A stretch of 64,000 bases of DNA from a virus. Its lineage: Duplodnaviria; Caudoviricetes. The position numbers were made by a program, and so were the translations under genes. The notes under the pieces were generated by a model, which saw only the letters and a program-made list of their open reading frames with translations, searched no databases and was not told the origin of the DNA. Location: the IMG/VR virus record IMGVR_UViG_3300028603_000021, positions 64,001-128,000 of that record; one strand, written 5' to 3'. Below, piece after piece: positions 48,252 to 59,390 of the stretch. Positions within the stretch are counted from its first letter, which is position 1. Each line of letters starts with the position of its first letter.

Positions 48252-48965
48252 CTAGTCTTGGCTTATCCTAGCTGAGGGGCTTCCGCCAATGGCACCAGTG
48301 CTACCACCACTACCCCCAGTTGGTAGGGGCACGTTGTTAGTCAGGTACTCGTTAACCATGTTGCTGGCGTCGAAGAACATTTCTTCGTAGGTGTATTTAT
48401 ACCCTGTCAGGCTCACGTTGTGCACAACCAGGACATCCCCAGACGAGACTGCGAACGAAGAACTTCTAGGCATCAGTGCGTATATATCATACCTGGTAGA
48501 GGTTGAGTCTTCTTTGCTTCTGAGAAAGAAGTAACTGTAGAGAAGAGCGTCGTCGATACCTATGTTCTTCTGAACCTCATCGGAGTACCAGAACTCTGGT
48601 GTGCTGAGGTAGTGGTATGCGTTCCTTCGATCTAGCTGGAGCCTGTCTACCGTGACGTTGACGGAGAAGTTGTTAGGTACCATGCGTGGGCGGGTAGGGG
48701 AACCGATTCCGTAGATGGCTTGTGTACCGTAGTCCTCGTCCACCCTGACCTGACGAGCGATACCGACAGTCTTGAAGATATCCTTGTTGGCCTGTAACGG
48801 CTTAGACCCATCCTTAAGGTGGGTACGAAGGTCGTCAATCGCCTCAAAGACAGCAGCCTCGTCGATCTCTCCCCCAGTGATAGTTCCTGAGGCCTTCTTG
48901 GTGTACAGCAGCGCAGCCAAAGATAAAACTTTGATTTCTGCTAGTGGACTAGTTCTTATTGCCAT
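48252..48965 (-). CDS. tail tube protein 1
   Basis: KTVGIARQVRVDEDYGTQAIYGIG; first structural gene after sheath. Confidence 0.7.
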   Translation of the reverse strand: MAIRTSPLAEIKVLSLAALLYTKKASGTITGGEIDEAAVFEAIDDLRTHLKDGSKPLQANKDIFKTVGIARQVRVDEDYGTQAIYGIGSPTRPRMVPNNFSVNVTVDRLQLDRRNAYHYLSTPEFWYSDEVQKNIGIDDALLYSYFFLRSKEDSTSTRYDIYALMPRSSSFAVSSGDVLVVHNVSLTGYKYTYEEMFFDASNMVNEYLTNNVPLPTGGSGGSTGAIGGSPSARISQD

Positions 48966-48997
48966 GTATTATCTCCTGGTGTAAAACTAATCTTATT

Positions 48998-50773
48998 CTA
49001 CGATGTTGATGGTGGATAGCACAACTCCCACTTCCTAGTACCAGGGCCGTATATGTAGTGCAGCCCGTTTTCGTTCAGTATCTCTTCCGCAGTTTTTTCC
49101 TCGGAGTACCCAGGGAAATTTACTAGGTATCTACGCTGGAATCTGCGCCTGCCGAATATATCAGTGTTGTTAGTTATAAAAAGTCTAGACCTAGTTTCTC
49201 TGACTTTTCTGAAGCCATGTCCATTATACACGTTACCTAAGGAATATCTGTTATCAGAGTACGTGACTACATGATCACGGTTGAAGCTCTTCAGAAGTTT
49301 GGAAAAGCCGCCGACGACGTTTGTGAACTTCAGCGAGCAGAATCTCTGGAGGGTATCGCCAGTGAACCCCATGACAGCTACTAGGCTACCGTTATATCTG
49401 AGGCCTTTCCTCTCTTTAGACATAACTCTACCGCCTTCTAGGTGATTATCCTTAAGAAAGGCGGAATACTCTGATTGTGATATGTCTTCTGTCACGCACT
49501 CTCTGGCGTATATCCTGGTCTTGCTTTTACCTATCAGATTCAGCAGAAAACTCTCTACCAGCTCGGGGTTATCTCTTATCTCTGAATCCCATATCTGCAC
49601 CAGCTGTATGCCAGCTGCTTCACACGCCTCAAACTTCTCCTGGTGATACATCTGTGGCATGAACTTATGGTAGTAAAGACCGTTTATCTCTATCCCTACC
49701 CTATACTCTGGGAGGTAGATATCTAGCTGTTTCGGTGGGATGATCTGATAGGTGTTTATCATCATCTCTTCGCCAACCAGCATATCTATAACAGCCTTAT
49801 GCGGAGCAGAAACAGTCTGACACTTTGGACAGCCGCCGTGATGGGCGCTTGCATGTACATGCCCGGTCACAGTAAAAGTCAGCCCGTGTTCCGCACACGT
49901 GACTGTGAGGGGGTCAAAATATCCAGAATAACCTTCGTACTTCCACCCAGGTCTTCCGTACTTGCTCAGATACGTTGAAAAATCCATCCCTTCTTTGCTG
50001 TCGTCGTAGCATTTTCTACACCCATGTCCTCCTAGATGGTCGTATGGTCGCTGTAAGAAATCTCCGTGCACAGGGCATGTAATCCTTGCCATAACCCCAA
50101 CGCGATCGGATATTTTATCGTAACCATACTTTTCCCCGTGCACCTGCTTAGAGGCATAGATAAAGTCCTCCTTAAGCAGAGTACGATTCGGGGCGCAGCT
50201 AGGACACCCCTGACCCTGTAGGTGCTTGTTTGGCGTTTGCAAGAAAGCTCCGTGAGTTGGACATAAGATAGTTACTTTAACTCCGTCACCACGGTAGTCT
50301 ACCTCAGAGTAGTCATAAGTATCTCCGTGTTTCTCTCTGCTCTGGAGTATAAACTCTTCCTGGCTTTTTGTTTTCTCTCTGCTGATCCTGTCGTAGCTAC
50401 ATTTTACGCACCCAGCCCCGTTCATATGGTTAGCCGGAGACTGAGAAAAATCTCCGTGAACAGGGCAACCGATCACTACTGGGGTTTTGGTTCCGTCTAA
50501 CACAACCTTATCGTATGAATACCTATTCCCGTGTACAGCTCTAGACCTGGTTATAAACTCATCTAGCGTTACTCTTCTCCCGGCTCTTGCATACCCGCAA
50601 GCAGGACACCCAGACTTGCTGTGTATATGGTTAGCTGGGCTTTGCCAGAAAGAACCGTGTATAGGACATGTTATATCAACCTTTGCCCGGTTATTTACGT
50701 AGTTAACATTTTCATACGTATAAAAACCACCATGAACTTTCAGCGCTCTTTCTACGAAGTCTTCTGTAGTCAT
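48998..50773 (-). mobile_element. homing-endonuclease-like gene copy C (4 repeats + 1 divergent, Vsr-like, GNAT-like)
   Basis: Same architecture; QLDIYLPEYRVGIEINGLYYH; LQRFC...VGGFSKLL. Confidence 0.8.
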
Positions 50774-50788
50774 GTCTTCCCTTCAGGT

Positions 50789-50823
50789 AAAAAAGTAGGA
50801 GCCTGCCAGTGTGGGCAAGCTCC
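50789..50823 (-). terminator. intrinsic terminator after the sheath gene
   Basis: GGAGCUUGCC-CACACU-GGCAGGCUCC-UAC-U6. Confidence 0.75.
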
Positions 50824-50848
50824 CTTATTATAGCACAGGTTGTTACTC

Positions 50849-52762
50849 TTATGCCAACGAGTATACCAAGCCGGTTGTAACCTTGAGGAAATCTATCTCG
50901 GATACTGGTTGATACACCAGGTCAACGTTGTATATCGTCTTGTCGTTAGGCTCTGCGTGAACTACTACATCTGCGTACTTCACGATGATTCCGTCAGTAA
51001 CCAGGTTGCTCAGGAGAGCACTCACGTAGCTAGCGATCTGCCCTTCGGTTTCTGCACCTAGAGACTTACGACCGATGAAGGTTTCTTCTAGGTTCTTGTA
51101 CAGGTAGCTGCTGACATAATCAACAATCCTACGAGTCATGAAGAGCTGCAAGCCACGACTAGGGGAACCAGTAAAGGTTGTGTAGTTGTGTGCAGCTATG
51201 TATTCTACTGCACCGGCAGAATTTCTGCGCTTCATAGCGAAGGCTAGGCCTCGCGTGTACAGCTCGTCTTTCTGTGCCTGTGACCAGTTGAACTCTAGAC
51301 CATCCGTAAAGATACCGGCAAGCCTAGCGAAGGTAAGGGTTACTGAAACTTCTCTGCCTGCGTGTGCTCCGACTGCGAACGACGCTAGCATGTCTGCTCC
51401 GTAGTTCTCCACAGCGGAGCTGAACGCACGGCTCTTGAAGCCACCTACCCAGCACTGGGTGCGGTCGTTGTTGAGAAGCCCAGAAAGCTCAGCAGTTGCG
51501 TCTAAGAAGTCAGCAGCCGTGCCGTTGACGGTCGTTCCAGACTTGTAGTAAGGTGTACCGAAGACAGTAGTCCTGTACCTGCGGTTAGGTATGTTAGACA
51601 TGGTGTTGACGTGTGCTAGGAACAGAGGTACTAGTGAGTTGAAGAACCCATAGCGCTTAGTCCACTCTACACCGTTACCACGTGCGTTGAACAGGTAGGC
51701 CGGTTGCACGAAGTTAACTTCTTCGTCTTCCATGGTTGCAAGGGCAGTTCCCCAAGAATCCGCCATAACGGTTGCGTTAGCTCTGTCGTAGGTCGTGTCG
51801 TAGTCGGTAGAACCACCGCTGGGGAACCCATAGAAGTTGGTACCGTCGTCTCCGTTGTTACCTCCGTCAAGTGCAACGTAAGGGTGCTCGATGAAGGTAT
51901 CTGCGTTCATCGGGTCGTATGTGAACCCAGGAAGCAGAACTTCTTCGATAGCAGGGTTGACGTTCTCCATCTCTACAAGCTCTGACGGGGCAAAACCAAG
52001 GCCACCGTTGTTGATAACGCTAGCGATAAGCGGAAGCGGGTAGATGTTAGTACCTGAGCCATACGGGAACACCAGGTAATCTTCATCGGTAGACTTCATG
52101 CTTGCAAGCTTGTCGTGGAAGGCGGTTTCGTCCAGGTTACCGTACTGCCAAGAGTCAGGGACTTCACGTATGACACCAGTAACTCTGTCCCTCAGTATGT
52201 AGTAGTTGGTTGTGTTCCCTGTGTAGAACTTTCCAGCTGGGTTGGGGATGTACCTAGGTACGATAAAGCTTTCTCTGATGTCGTTGCCTTGAGAGTCTGT
52301 GTAGCGTACACGTATAGTAAAGGTATCGTCTTCTGTGCCAACAGTATCCTTGTCGTTCATCGTGACAGAGACAGCTATGTTGTTGCCTAGAGCGCCCCTT
52401 TCCTTAGCTTTCCACACATACGACTCGTTATCCCCAGAGGTGTCTGTACCAGAGTTTATAGAGATAACCGCGAGGCTTGCCTGGTCGGGGTCTCCAGTCC
52501 TGATGCACACCATCGTGCTAGCCCCACCAACATAAGCAGCAAGGCCGTGACGAACCAACGGGCCGTCACCGAATGTCTGCACGAGCTGAGAGTAGCCATT
52601 GATCGTAACCGGGGTGTTGACAGGGCCTTTCTCTGCCAAGCCGATCATACCTATGATTCCGCTTCCTACGCCGTTTATGTCTGTAAGGCGGCTCAGGTCT
52701 AGCTTTATGTATGCCCCGAATGCTTTGATTAGATATCCGCCGAAATTGATCTGTCTAGCCAT
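50849..52762 (-). CDS. contractile tail sheath protein
   Basis: GMIGLAEKGPVNTP...QTFGDG, GALGNNI, LDGGNNG, TRRIVD...FIGR, YQPVSEIDF. Confidence 0.92.
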   Translation of the reverse strand: MARQINFGGYLIKAFGAYIKLDLSRLTDINGVGSGIIGMIGLAEKGPVNTPVTINGYSQLVQTFGDGPLVRHGLAAYVGGASTMVCIRTGDPDQASLAVISINSGTDTSGDNESYVWKAKERGALGNNIAVSVTMNDKDTVGTEDDTFTIRVRYTDSQGNDIRESFIVPRYIPNPAGKFYTGNTTNYYILRDRVTGVIREVPDSWQYGNLDETAFHDKLASMKSTDEDYLVFPYGSGTNIYPLPLIASVINNGGLGFAPSELVEMENVNPAIEEVLLPGFTYDPMNADTFIEHPYVALDGGNNGDDGTNFYGFPSGGSTDYDTTYDRANATVMADSWGTALATMEDEEVNFVQPAYLFNARGNGVEWTKRYGFFNSLVPLFLAHVNTMSNIPNRRYRTTVFGTPYYKSGTTVNGTAADFLDATAELSGLLNNDRTQCWVGGFKSRAFSSAVENYGADMLASFAVGAHAGREVSVTLTFARLAGIFTDGLEFNWSQAQKDELYTRGLAFAMKRRNSAGAVEYIAAHNYTTFTGSPSRGLQLFMTRRIVDYVSSYLYKNLEETFIGRKSLGAETEGQIASYVSALLSNLVTDGIIVKYADVVVHAEPNDKTIYNVDLVYQPVSEIDFLKVTTGLVYSLA

Positions 52763-52853
52763 GCTGGAAATCCTCCTGGGATTGTTCTGTGTTAGGGTTT
52801 AAGTAGTCGCAGTAGTACTCACATTGTACACTAGGTACTATGAAATAATCCAC

Positions 52854-53498
52854 CTAGCCGTTAACTTTAACGCTCGTACCAAAACCTATACACTCCTGAA
52901 TTCTTGTTTCTAGTGCGATCTTGTAAGATAGTAGGTCGTCTCTTTCTACCATGTTGAAAAATGTTGCTAGCATAGTATAGGTTAGTGTTCCTATATACAT
53001 AACACCGTTCTGAACGATGTCTTGGTTAGATTCTTCCTTAGAGCGTATATACCTTACTGCCTGTATACCATGAGTGTAGAAAAACGGGTCTGTGTCTATG
53101 TTATCCTGCTCTAGCTCAAGCATCCATATCTTGATAAGCTCCATGATGTTGTCTCTGTCGTCAGACGCTGTAGTCCATACAGATATCTCGATGGTTATGC
53201 TGTCTACCCATCCTTGGTATCTTTCTTCCGACCCATCGTATAGGTAGTCATTATCCGCAGCAGCCGTCATGCCGATAGCGTAGTTAGCTACGCTGCTGTC
53301 TAGGCGTCGAACAACTATCCTACGCTCTGCAACCTCGTCACCGTCTTTGTAGCGTACAAACGTTTCCTTAGACGGGTAGTCCATCGTGAAAACAAAGGGT
53401 ACACTAAGTTCGCCAAGAGAGGCAACCTTCTCACGTAACCCCTCTATGACGATCTCTTTGGGGTTTCTGCTGTCTACTAAGCTAAGGCGCTGTAACAT
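52854..53498 (-). CDS. tail completion/terminator-like protein
   Basis: ITIEISVWT...RD; position just upstream of sheath. Confidence 0.55.
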   Translation of the reverse strand: MLQRLSLVDSRNPKEIVIEGLREKVASLGELSVPFVFTMDYPSKETFVRYKDGDEVAERRIVVRRLDSSVANYAIGMTAAADNDYLYDGSEERYQGWVDSITIEISVWTTASDDRDNIMELIKIWMLELEQDNIDTDPFFYTHGIQAVRYIRSKEESNQDIVQNGVMYIGTLTYTMLATFFNMVERDDLLSYKIALETRIQECIGFGTSVKVNG

Positions 53499-53998
53499 TA
53501 ATAATTATTCCAGACCTCTACGGTCATGAGAATGGTGTCATTGTGTATTGTAGGTCTAACAGGGTCGTGAAGAAGATAGAGAACTTCAGCAACAGGCCTC
53601 TGACCGTTATGGTCGCAGCACTTTCCTAGCAGCTCGAACTTATCCCTGAGAAGCCTGCGAGAATCGCCGTCTCTGTCCTTCAGGAGGCGGATGTCAAGAT
53701 GCCTGGGTAGAGTAAGTGATTTATTCCCCTTGATAACACCGCCAGCCCCGTCAGGAAACCACTGGTTGCTGTTGTCTGTGTAGACTCCCTTTATGGTTAT
53801 AGGCGAGGCGTACATCGTGCCTCGCCCACCACATACCGGGCATTCTTTCCAAGAAGAACCACGTGTCTCGTCGTAGCAAGGAGTACCGTCGTCTCTCACG
53901 TTAGGGCAGAACATAGCCTTGTGCCAGCGGATATCGCTACCCCCCAGCTGCAAAGCATGATCTGCTATCATGTTAGAAACGGTAGACAGGTCGAACAC
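53498..53998 (-). CDS. neck / head-closure protein
   Basis: WHKAMFCP...C...CPVCGGRG, typical of myovirus neck proteins. Confidence 0.65.
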   Translation of the reverse strand: MFDLSTVSNMIADHALQLGGSDIRWHKAMFCPNVRDDGTPCYDETRGSSWKECPVCGGRGTMYASPITIKGVYTDNSNQWFPDGAGGVIKGNKSLTLPRHLDIRLLKDRDGDSRRLLRDKFELLGKCCDHNGQRPVAEVLYLLHDPVRPTIHNDTILMTVEVWNNY

Positions 53999-54098
53999 TA
54001 GGCTATTTTACCACGATACCTTCGGTTTAATCAACAACTAGAGAGACAACTCTGCCTCGCATCGTTGTATCAGCTTACGCATTAGTGTGCTTATAGCC

Positions 54099-55709
54099 TC
54101 ACCCTACAGGTGCAATCAACCTACGCCAGGTAGTAGTCCCGGCACCGTACAGAGCATAGATTCCGTTGCTCTTAAGTATCTCATCCGCTGATTTATCTGT
54201 GGAGACGCCTGTTAGTTTGTGTTTCTGAAATCTATTTCTGCTGTAGATATTTCTACCATCAGTATAATACAAAGTGAACGGGTATTCACTCTCCTTGCTA
54301 AACCCTGCTACGTCGTAGACATTCCCCTCTGAATACCTGTTGGCAGAGTGGGTTGTGATGTCACCCCCAAGGCGTGATAACAACCTAGAAAACCCCCCAG
54401 CTACATGAACAAAAGGCTTGACAGCAAACCTGTCTAGTACAACCCTGTTGTTGCGGATAGAAGTCCCAGCTGCACAGACAAGAACATCATCATAGTACAG
54501 CCCAAACTTGGTGCTTGAGTTCACAGCGCCCTGTAGGTGGCTGTCCGTTAAAAAACTCCTGTAGTCACCTGACGAGATTTCGCGTACTTCGCAGTTTCTT
54601 GCGTACACTTTATCAACCAGCATACCCATCTTGGAAAGTATCATGCTTTTAACTATATCCCACTTATCTATAACTTCGATATCCCAGAACTGCATAAGGT
54701 GGATTCCAGCCGCAGACGCCTCGTTTTGTTTATCTTGATGGTAATGCTTGCTCTTGAAGACAGAAGAATGCCAGTAGACACCATCTACCTCCACTCCTAA
54801 GCCAAACTCTGGCAAAAACACATCTATCTCGTAGGTGGGCATACCCCTGTACTCTGGTACGACCTTAACCCCCAAGGACACTAACCAGTCTATCACCTTC
54901 TTCTGCGGAGCAGATATATGCTTGACGCACCTAGGGCACCCTTGCCCCATCAGGTGTTTGTTTGGAGTCTGTTCGAACTCTCCGTGCCTTGGGCATAGTA
55001 TGAGAACCTTTTCTTGCGAAGAACTATACCTGACCAGCTCGTAGCTATAACTTTCACCGTGCAGTTCTACAGCTTTCCTGAGGAAAGTCGCCTCATCGTC
55101 CGTCTGCGCGTCTGTGGTTCTTTTCCTGCCACATTCTGGACACCCCGAGCCTGTTACATGGCTGTTGGGGGTCTGCTCAAAATCTCCGTGCTCACTACAG
55201 GTGATAGTAACACGACTGTTAGTACGTGTATAGTTTACCTTATCGTAGGTATATGTATCGCCGTGGATTTCTCTAGACTTATTTATAAAGTCTTCAGCAC
55301 TATAGGTGATACTATCTACAACACACTCCCTACACCCTACCTTGTCAGCTAAATGCTTTTTGGGGGAAACAAGGAAATCACCATGTACAGGACATGTAAC
55401 AGACAGCTTGGTCTTGTAATCTACGTACACAGCGTTGTCATACGTATACTTACCGCTATGTACTTGCGTAGCTCTTGTTTTGAATCTGCTCCTGGCGGCT
55501 TCATTCTTCTTTCTAGCAGATGCCTCATCCCCGCACTTACTACACCCCTGACCAGCCAGGTGGTTAGAGGGCGACTGCAAGAACTCCCCATGCAAAGGAC
55601 AAACTATTATAACCTTCTCTTTACTGGTGGTATAAGATGTTTTCTGATAGTCATACTGACTACCATGAACCAGTTTTGCCTTGGTTATAAATTCCTCTGT
55701 TGAACTCAT
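54099..55709 (-). mobile_element. homing-endonuclease-like gene copy D (4 Zn repeats + Vsr-like + GNAT-like)
   Basis: YEIDVFLPEFGLGVEVDGVYWHS; LDRF...AGGFSRLL; promoter TTGATT-17-TACAAT 7 nt before ATG. Confidence 0.8.
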
Positions 55710-55803
55710 TCCTTACATTGTAGCATGCAACGACCATGAAATCAACGCCACCTAACAGTGACACACCCCTACATAGCAGTGAACTCAAGGTGTACCAGCC
55801 CAT

Positions 55804-56838
55804 CTACCAGGCTGTCATAACCGGCATGTAGTACGGCCCTAGAAGCTCTTCAGCTTCTTCCTTGTACCTTTGTATGGTCTTCATGTAGAGTCCTTCCCCG
55901 AAGGAAGCACTGAATCCGCTTACAGAGTAGCTCAGCATCCCCTTTGTGAACGCTACGTTAAGCATCTCAAATGCTTTCGATGCGGCTAACAGTGCGACAG
56001 CTTCTTGCAGTGCAGGAGGTATCCTCTCCATACCATGCTCATAGTCTACATGGATGAGCTGTGAAAAATACGGTACTCTCATACCATACCCAGCAAAACT
56101 CTGTAGTGCACCGTTACCTACTGCACTTATCTTAGCTTGTGCGGGGAAAAGCCTTACCGCTCCTTCTATCGGGTACAGGAAGTATTCACTAGGGTCGAAG
56201 GTTCTGTGCAGATAAGGAATGCCGAGCCCCATAGGGTCTTGTATAACCAGGGCAATCCTGTGTATCTTTATGATGTTCCTCTCGTAGAGCTTGATGTAGC
56301 TTCTTTCTCTACCGTCTATCCTCTCTTCGTTCTCGGTCTTGTTGGGAGCATAGAGGACACGTGATGCGAACTCCTTCATCTGTTCCGGGGTCAGCAAATC
56401 CCAAGGAAGAGTCCCGGGGGTATACAGGGTGGAGTCGTTGTTGTACATATCCATCTGTTCTGGTTCTAGGTTGCTCCACTGTGGATATTCTCGGTAAGAA
56501 ACATCTAAGAATGAATCTAGCGCCCCGGTAGAGTACTTAACTCTGTCTTCGTATACTTCTTGGGGGGTTCGTGCAAAGTTAGTCTTACGTCTCGGGTAGA
56601 GGGCAAGCTTTATACGGTTCTCCACCTGAGCCACGGCGTTGTTTATAGCCCGTATCAAGATAGAGCGGAAACCAGGGATAGGAGAATAACCACTAGAGTC
56701 ACACCTAGCAGACTCTGGTATGCCTCCGCCGCCAGGTATACCGCTAGCTGCCGGTGCTCCGATTATCTTGTCCTCGACCAGCTGTATCAGCAGGTTAAGC
56801 TCTTTACCTTGTACCCCGATCCCTCTGAAATACTCCAT
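55804..56838 (-). CDS. head-tail adaptor/connector protein
   Basis: AINNAVAQVENRI...IHVDYEHG..IPPALQEAV...SYSVSGFSASF. Confidence 0.7.
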   Translation of the reverse strand: MEYFRGIGVQGKELNLLIQLVEDKIIGAPAASGIPGGGGIPESARCDSSGYSPIPGFRSILIRAINNAVAQVENRIKLALYPRRKTNFARTPQEVYEDRVKYSTGALDSFLDVSYREYPQWSNLEPEQMDMYNNDSTLYTPGTLPWDLLTPEQMKEFASRVLYAPNKTENEERIDGRERSYIKLYERNIIKIHRIALVIQDPMGLGIPYLHRTFDPSEYFLYPIEGAVRLFPAQAKISAVGNGALQSFAGYGMRVPYFSQLIHVDYEHGMERIPPALQEAVALLAASKAFEMLNVAFTKGMLSYSVSGFSASFGEGLYMKTIQRYKEEAEELLGPYYMPVMTAW

Positions 56839-56840
56839 GT

Positions 56841-58214
56841 TTATGCCGTCCTTGGTATAGCTAGCGTAAGGTAGCCAGAGTAAGCAGTAACAGTGAGCCT
56901 GAGTACATCGTTAGCCGCAAAAGACGTGCTACCCGTTGCAGAAGAAAAATTAGTCCCGTCAGTGGATTTAGCATATGCAAGCGTGCCAGTTCCCCTCTGG
57001 GTGACACTACCTAAGTTTAACGTGACAGATTCCGTGAAAACTATCTCGTAGCTTCCATTTCCGGGGGGATTGACATAGAAAGGATCAAACCCCATAGCTG
57101 CTTTAGCTTCCGCAGGGGTGCTCAACGTTACAGCACTCGTTCCGTTACCACGCAAGAAGCTTCCTGTGGTAATGGTGGCTAACCCCGTCCCGCCGTTTGC
57201 TACACCAAAAATTCCCGTGGTTATATCAGATGTAGGGTGGGTGTGCGCTGTAGCGGCTTTTGTGGCTAAACCATCATCCACGTATTTCTTACGTGTTGCT
57301 TCGTTATCTATAGTTGGGTCTGACGCAGGCAAGACAGGGACACTAGAGAACGTTTTAACTCCGCTTATGTACTGATCTCCACTAGTCTCTACTACACCTA
57401 TCGAGGATGCCGCCCCGATATCCGAAAGAACCTCAGCTGGGGTTTTAAACGTTACCGCACTGGTTCCTGCCCCGACTATGTAGCTACCGCTTGTGAGAGT
57501 TGCCGCCCCCGTGCCACCACGAGCGACGGCTAGTGTTCCAGCGTTTATGTCTGAAGCGTTGTGAGTGTGGCTGACATCTGCCTTACCAGCAAGAGCGCTG
57601 TTGAGGTCTCCTTGGTCGCTGAGTGTACCAGTGATACCACCCCACACAGTGCCGCCACCCATAGCCGCGTCGTCAACATATTTCTTTGTCGCGGCTTGCA
57701 TGTCCGTAGTGGGAGCGGGAACTATCGGAGACGACGTGAAGGTTTTAACCCCGCCAACAGACTGAGCACCAGTCAGCTTGACTACTGCGTTATCAGCGGC
57801 TGCCCCTATGTCTGAGAGCACTTGTGCAGCAGTTCTCTGCTCTAGCGCAGACGCGCCAGAAGCCCTCATATAATTTCCAGTAGTGAAAGAGCTTATCCCG
57901 GTGCCACCACGGTCAACGCCAAATGTTCCAGAAGTGATGTCTGCCGCTGAGTGGGTATGTACGGTGGCCGCCTTACCTGATAAAGCAGTGTCTAGGTCTC
58001 CCTGGTTTGACAGAGTACCTGTGATGTCGCCCCACGCTGGAGCGGCAGCAGAGCTTCCCCACGACATGTCGTAGTCTACGCTCGAATCTTTCTTGAGAAC
58101 CTGTCCTACTGTACCGCCGGGAGGAACGATAGTAACAGTGGCTACCAGGTCAGTACCAACCTTAGTAAAGGTTATACCTTCGTTCTGGGCGTTGTCGATG
58201 CGGATGTTAGCCAT
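56841..58214 (-). CDS. head/neck fibre-like protein with three internal repeats
   Basis: HTH.A.DI..G...V..GGTG three times; WG.ITGTLS.QGDL; KKYVDD. Confidence 0.7.
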   Translation of the reverse strand: MANIRIDNAQNEGITFTKVGTDLVATVTIVPPGGTVGQVLKKDSSVDYDMSWGSSAAAPAWGDITGTLSNQGDLDTALSGKAATVHTHSAADITSGTFGVDRGGTGISSFTTGNYMRASGASALEQRTAAQVLSDIGAAADNAVVKLTGAQSVGGVKTFTSSPIVPAPTTDMQAATKKYVDDAAMGGGTVWGGITGTLSDQGDLNSALAGKADVSHTHNASDINAGTLAVARGGTGAATLTSGSYIVGAGTSAVTFKTPAEVLSDIGAASSIGVVETSGDQYISGVKTFSSVPVLPASDPTIDNEATRKKYVDDGLATKAATAHTHPTSDITTGIFGVANGGTGLATITTGSFLRGNGTSAVTLSTPAEAKAAMGFDPFYVNPPGNGSYEIVFTESVTLNLGSVTQRGTGTLAYAKSTDGTNFSSATGSTSFAANDVLRLTVTAYSGYLTLAIPRTA

Positions 58215-58255
58215 GTCTGACCTCGTTGTTTATTATACACAACATCTCATGAAGA

Positions 58256-58283
58256 TAAACCTCCCAACCTTGCAGCCGGGAGG
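58256..58283 (-). terminator. probable intrinsic terminator
   Basis: CCUCCCGGC-UGCAAG-GUUGGGAGG followed by UUUAU. Confidence 0.6.
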
Positions 58284-58306
58284 CCTGTCTATCTTATGGG
58301 CATGTG

Positions 58307-58735
58307 TCAGAGACCTTGTTCGTCTCTTAGCTTCCTGAGCGCCGCAGTTGTTATATCTAGGTGCTCTGCAACTGCTTTCCATGTTCCAAGCTCTTCGTAG
58401 AGAGCAGCAACATCTGGTGTTTCTTCCTCAGCCGGGATTTCCTCAGCGGGAACCTCCTCAGCCGGAGTTTCCTCAGCCGGGGTTTCCTCAGCCGGGGTTT
58501 CCTCAGCCGGGGTTTCCTCAGCCGGGGTTTCCTCAGCCGGGGTTTCCTCAAGCGGAACGCGCTCTTCAGCAACCGCCCCTACAAAAGGATACTTACCAGC
58601 CTGCATAGCTATATGAGAAACCACACCATAAGCAACACCGTCGTTGAAGACTACTACTCTTCCTCCGATGTTCTTGATCTGCCTGCCTTCAGTAGTGTAC
58701 TGGGGAGCTAGTCTTATGGTGTATGTCATGTTCAA
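58307..58735 (-). CDS. acidic repeat protein with C-terminal HTH-like motif
   Basis: (EETPA)n linker; LGTWKAVAEHLDITTAALRKL. Confidence 0.65.
   Translation of the reverse strand: MNMTYTIRLAPQYTTEGRQIKNIGGRVVVFNDGVAYGVVSHIAMQAGKYPFVGAVAEERVPLEETPAEETPAEETPAEETPAEETPAEETPAEEVPAEEIPAEEETPDVAALYEELGTWKAVAEHLDITTAALRKLRDEQGL
58424..58550 (-). repeat. 15-bp coding tandem repeat, about 8 units
   Basis: GAGGAAACCCCGGCT and variants encoding EETPA/EEVPA/EEIPA. Confidence 0.95.
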
Positions 58736-59388
58736 GCTTCTAGAGTTACGGTAACTGTATCAGACTTAGATGGGTCTTCCACACTAGTTGCAGTTACTGT
58801 GGTGGTGTCGCTAACACTAGCCCCGGTCGCCACAGTAAGAAGGCCAGTTGTTTCATCTATAGTAGCGGTTCCGGGGGTGCCTACACTCCATGTGACGGCT
58901 TCAGAACCACCAGGAGCAACCGTAACGGTTGCAGCAAACTGGTGAGTCCCTGCCCCGATTGATACGTTAAGATCTCCGCCAGTGATAGCTACGCTACTCA
59001 CCGCATACGGAACACGTAGGGTGATGCTGTCAAACTCGTTGCTTTCTACGGTACTTGTGGCTGTGATGGTCACGTTACCTTGAGCTACCCCAGTGACTAA
59101 GCCATCATTGACTGTAGCGATAGCATTATCACTAGTTGCCCATGTAACAGTGTTAGCAGCACCGTGAGCGGTAACTACCGTAGCTGTAAGCTGTAACGTG
59201 CTACCTATGCTTACAAAATCAGCATCCCCAGCGGCAGACACCGTTACAGATACAACGTTAGGAGCAACGTTCCACGCCTTCATCTTCGTCTCTAGGTCTT
59301 TCAGGAAGACGACTACGGGGTTGTTCTGCTTAGCCTTGTTAGGCTCAGGGATACGAGTTGCGATAAAGTCTTCTGTACGTTTATCCAT
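58732..59388 (-). CDS. Ig-like (Big_2) domain virion decoration protein, two Ig domains
   Basis: TLQLTATV...VTWATSDNAIATV.DGLVTGVAQG.VTITATS and a second similar domain. Confidence 0.85.
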   Translation of the reverse strand: MDKRTEDFIATRIPEPNKAKQNNPVVVFLKDLETKMKAWNVAPNVVSVTVSAAGDADFVSIGSTLQLTATVVTAHGAANTVTWATSDNAIATVNDGLVTGVAQGNVTITATSTVESNEFDSITLRVPYAVSSVAITGGDLNVSIGAGTHQFAATVTVAPGGSEAVTWSVGTPGTATIDETTGLLTVATGASVSDTTTVTATSVEDPSKSDTVTVTLEA

Positions 59389-59390
59389 GG

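Noticed and set aside
58348-58711. Alternative-frame ORFs with PQPGF, RLRKP and FLSRG repeats
   Set aside because: Shadow frames of the 15-bp repeat; the EETPA frame is coupled to the upstream gene
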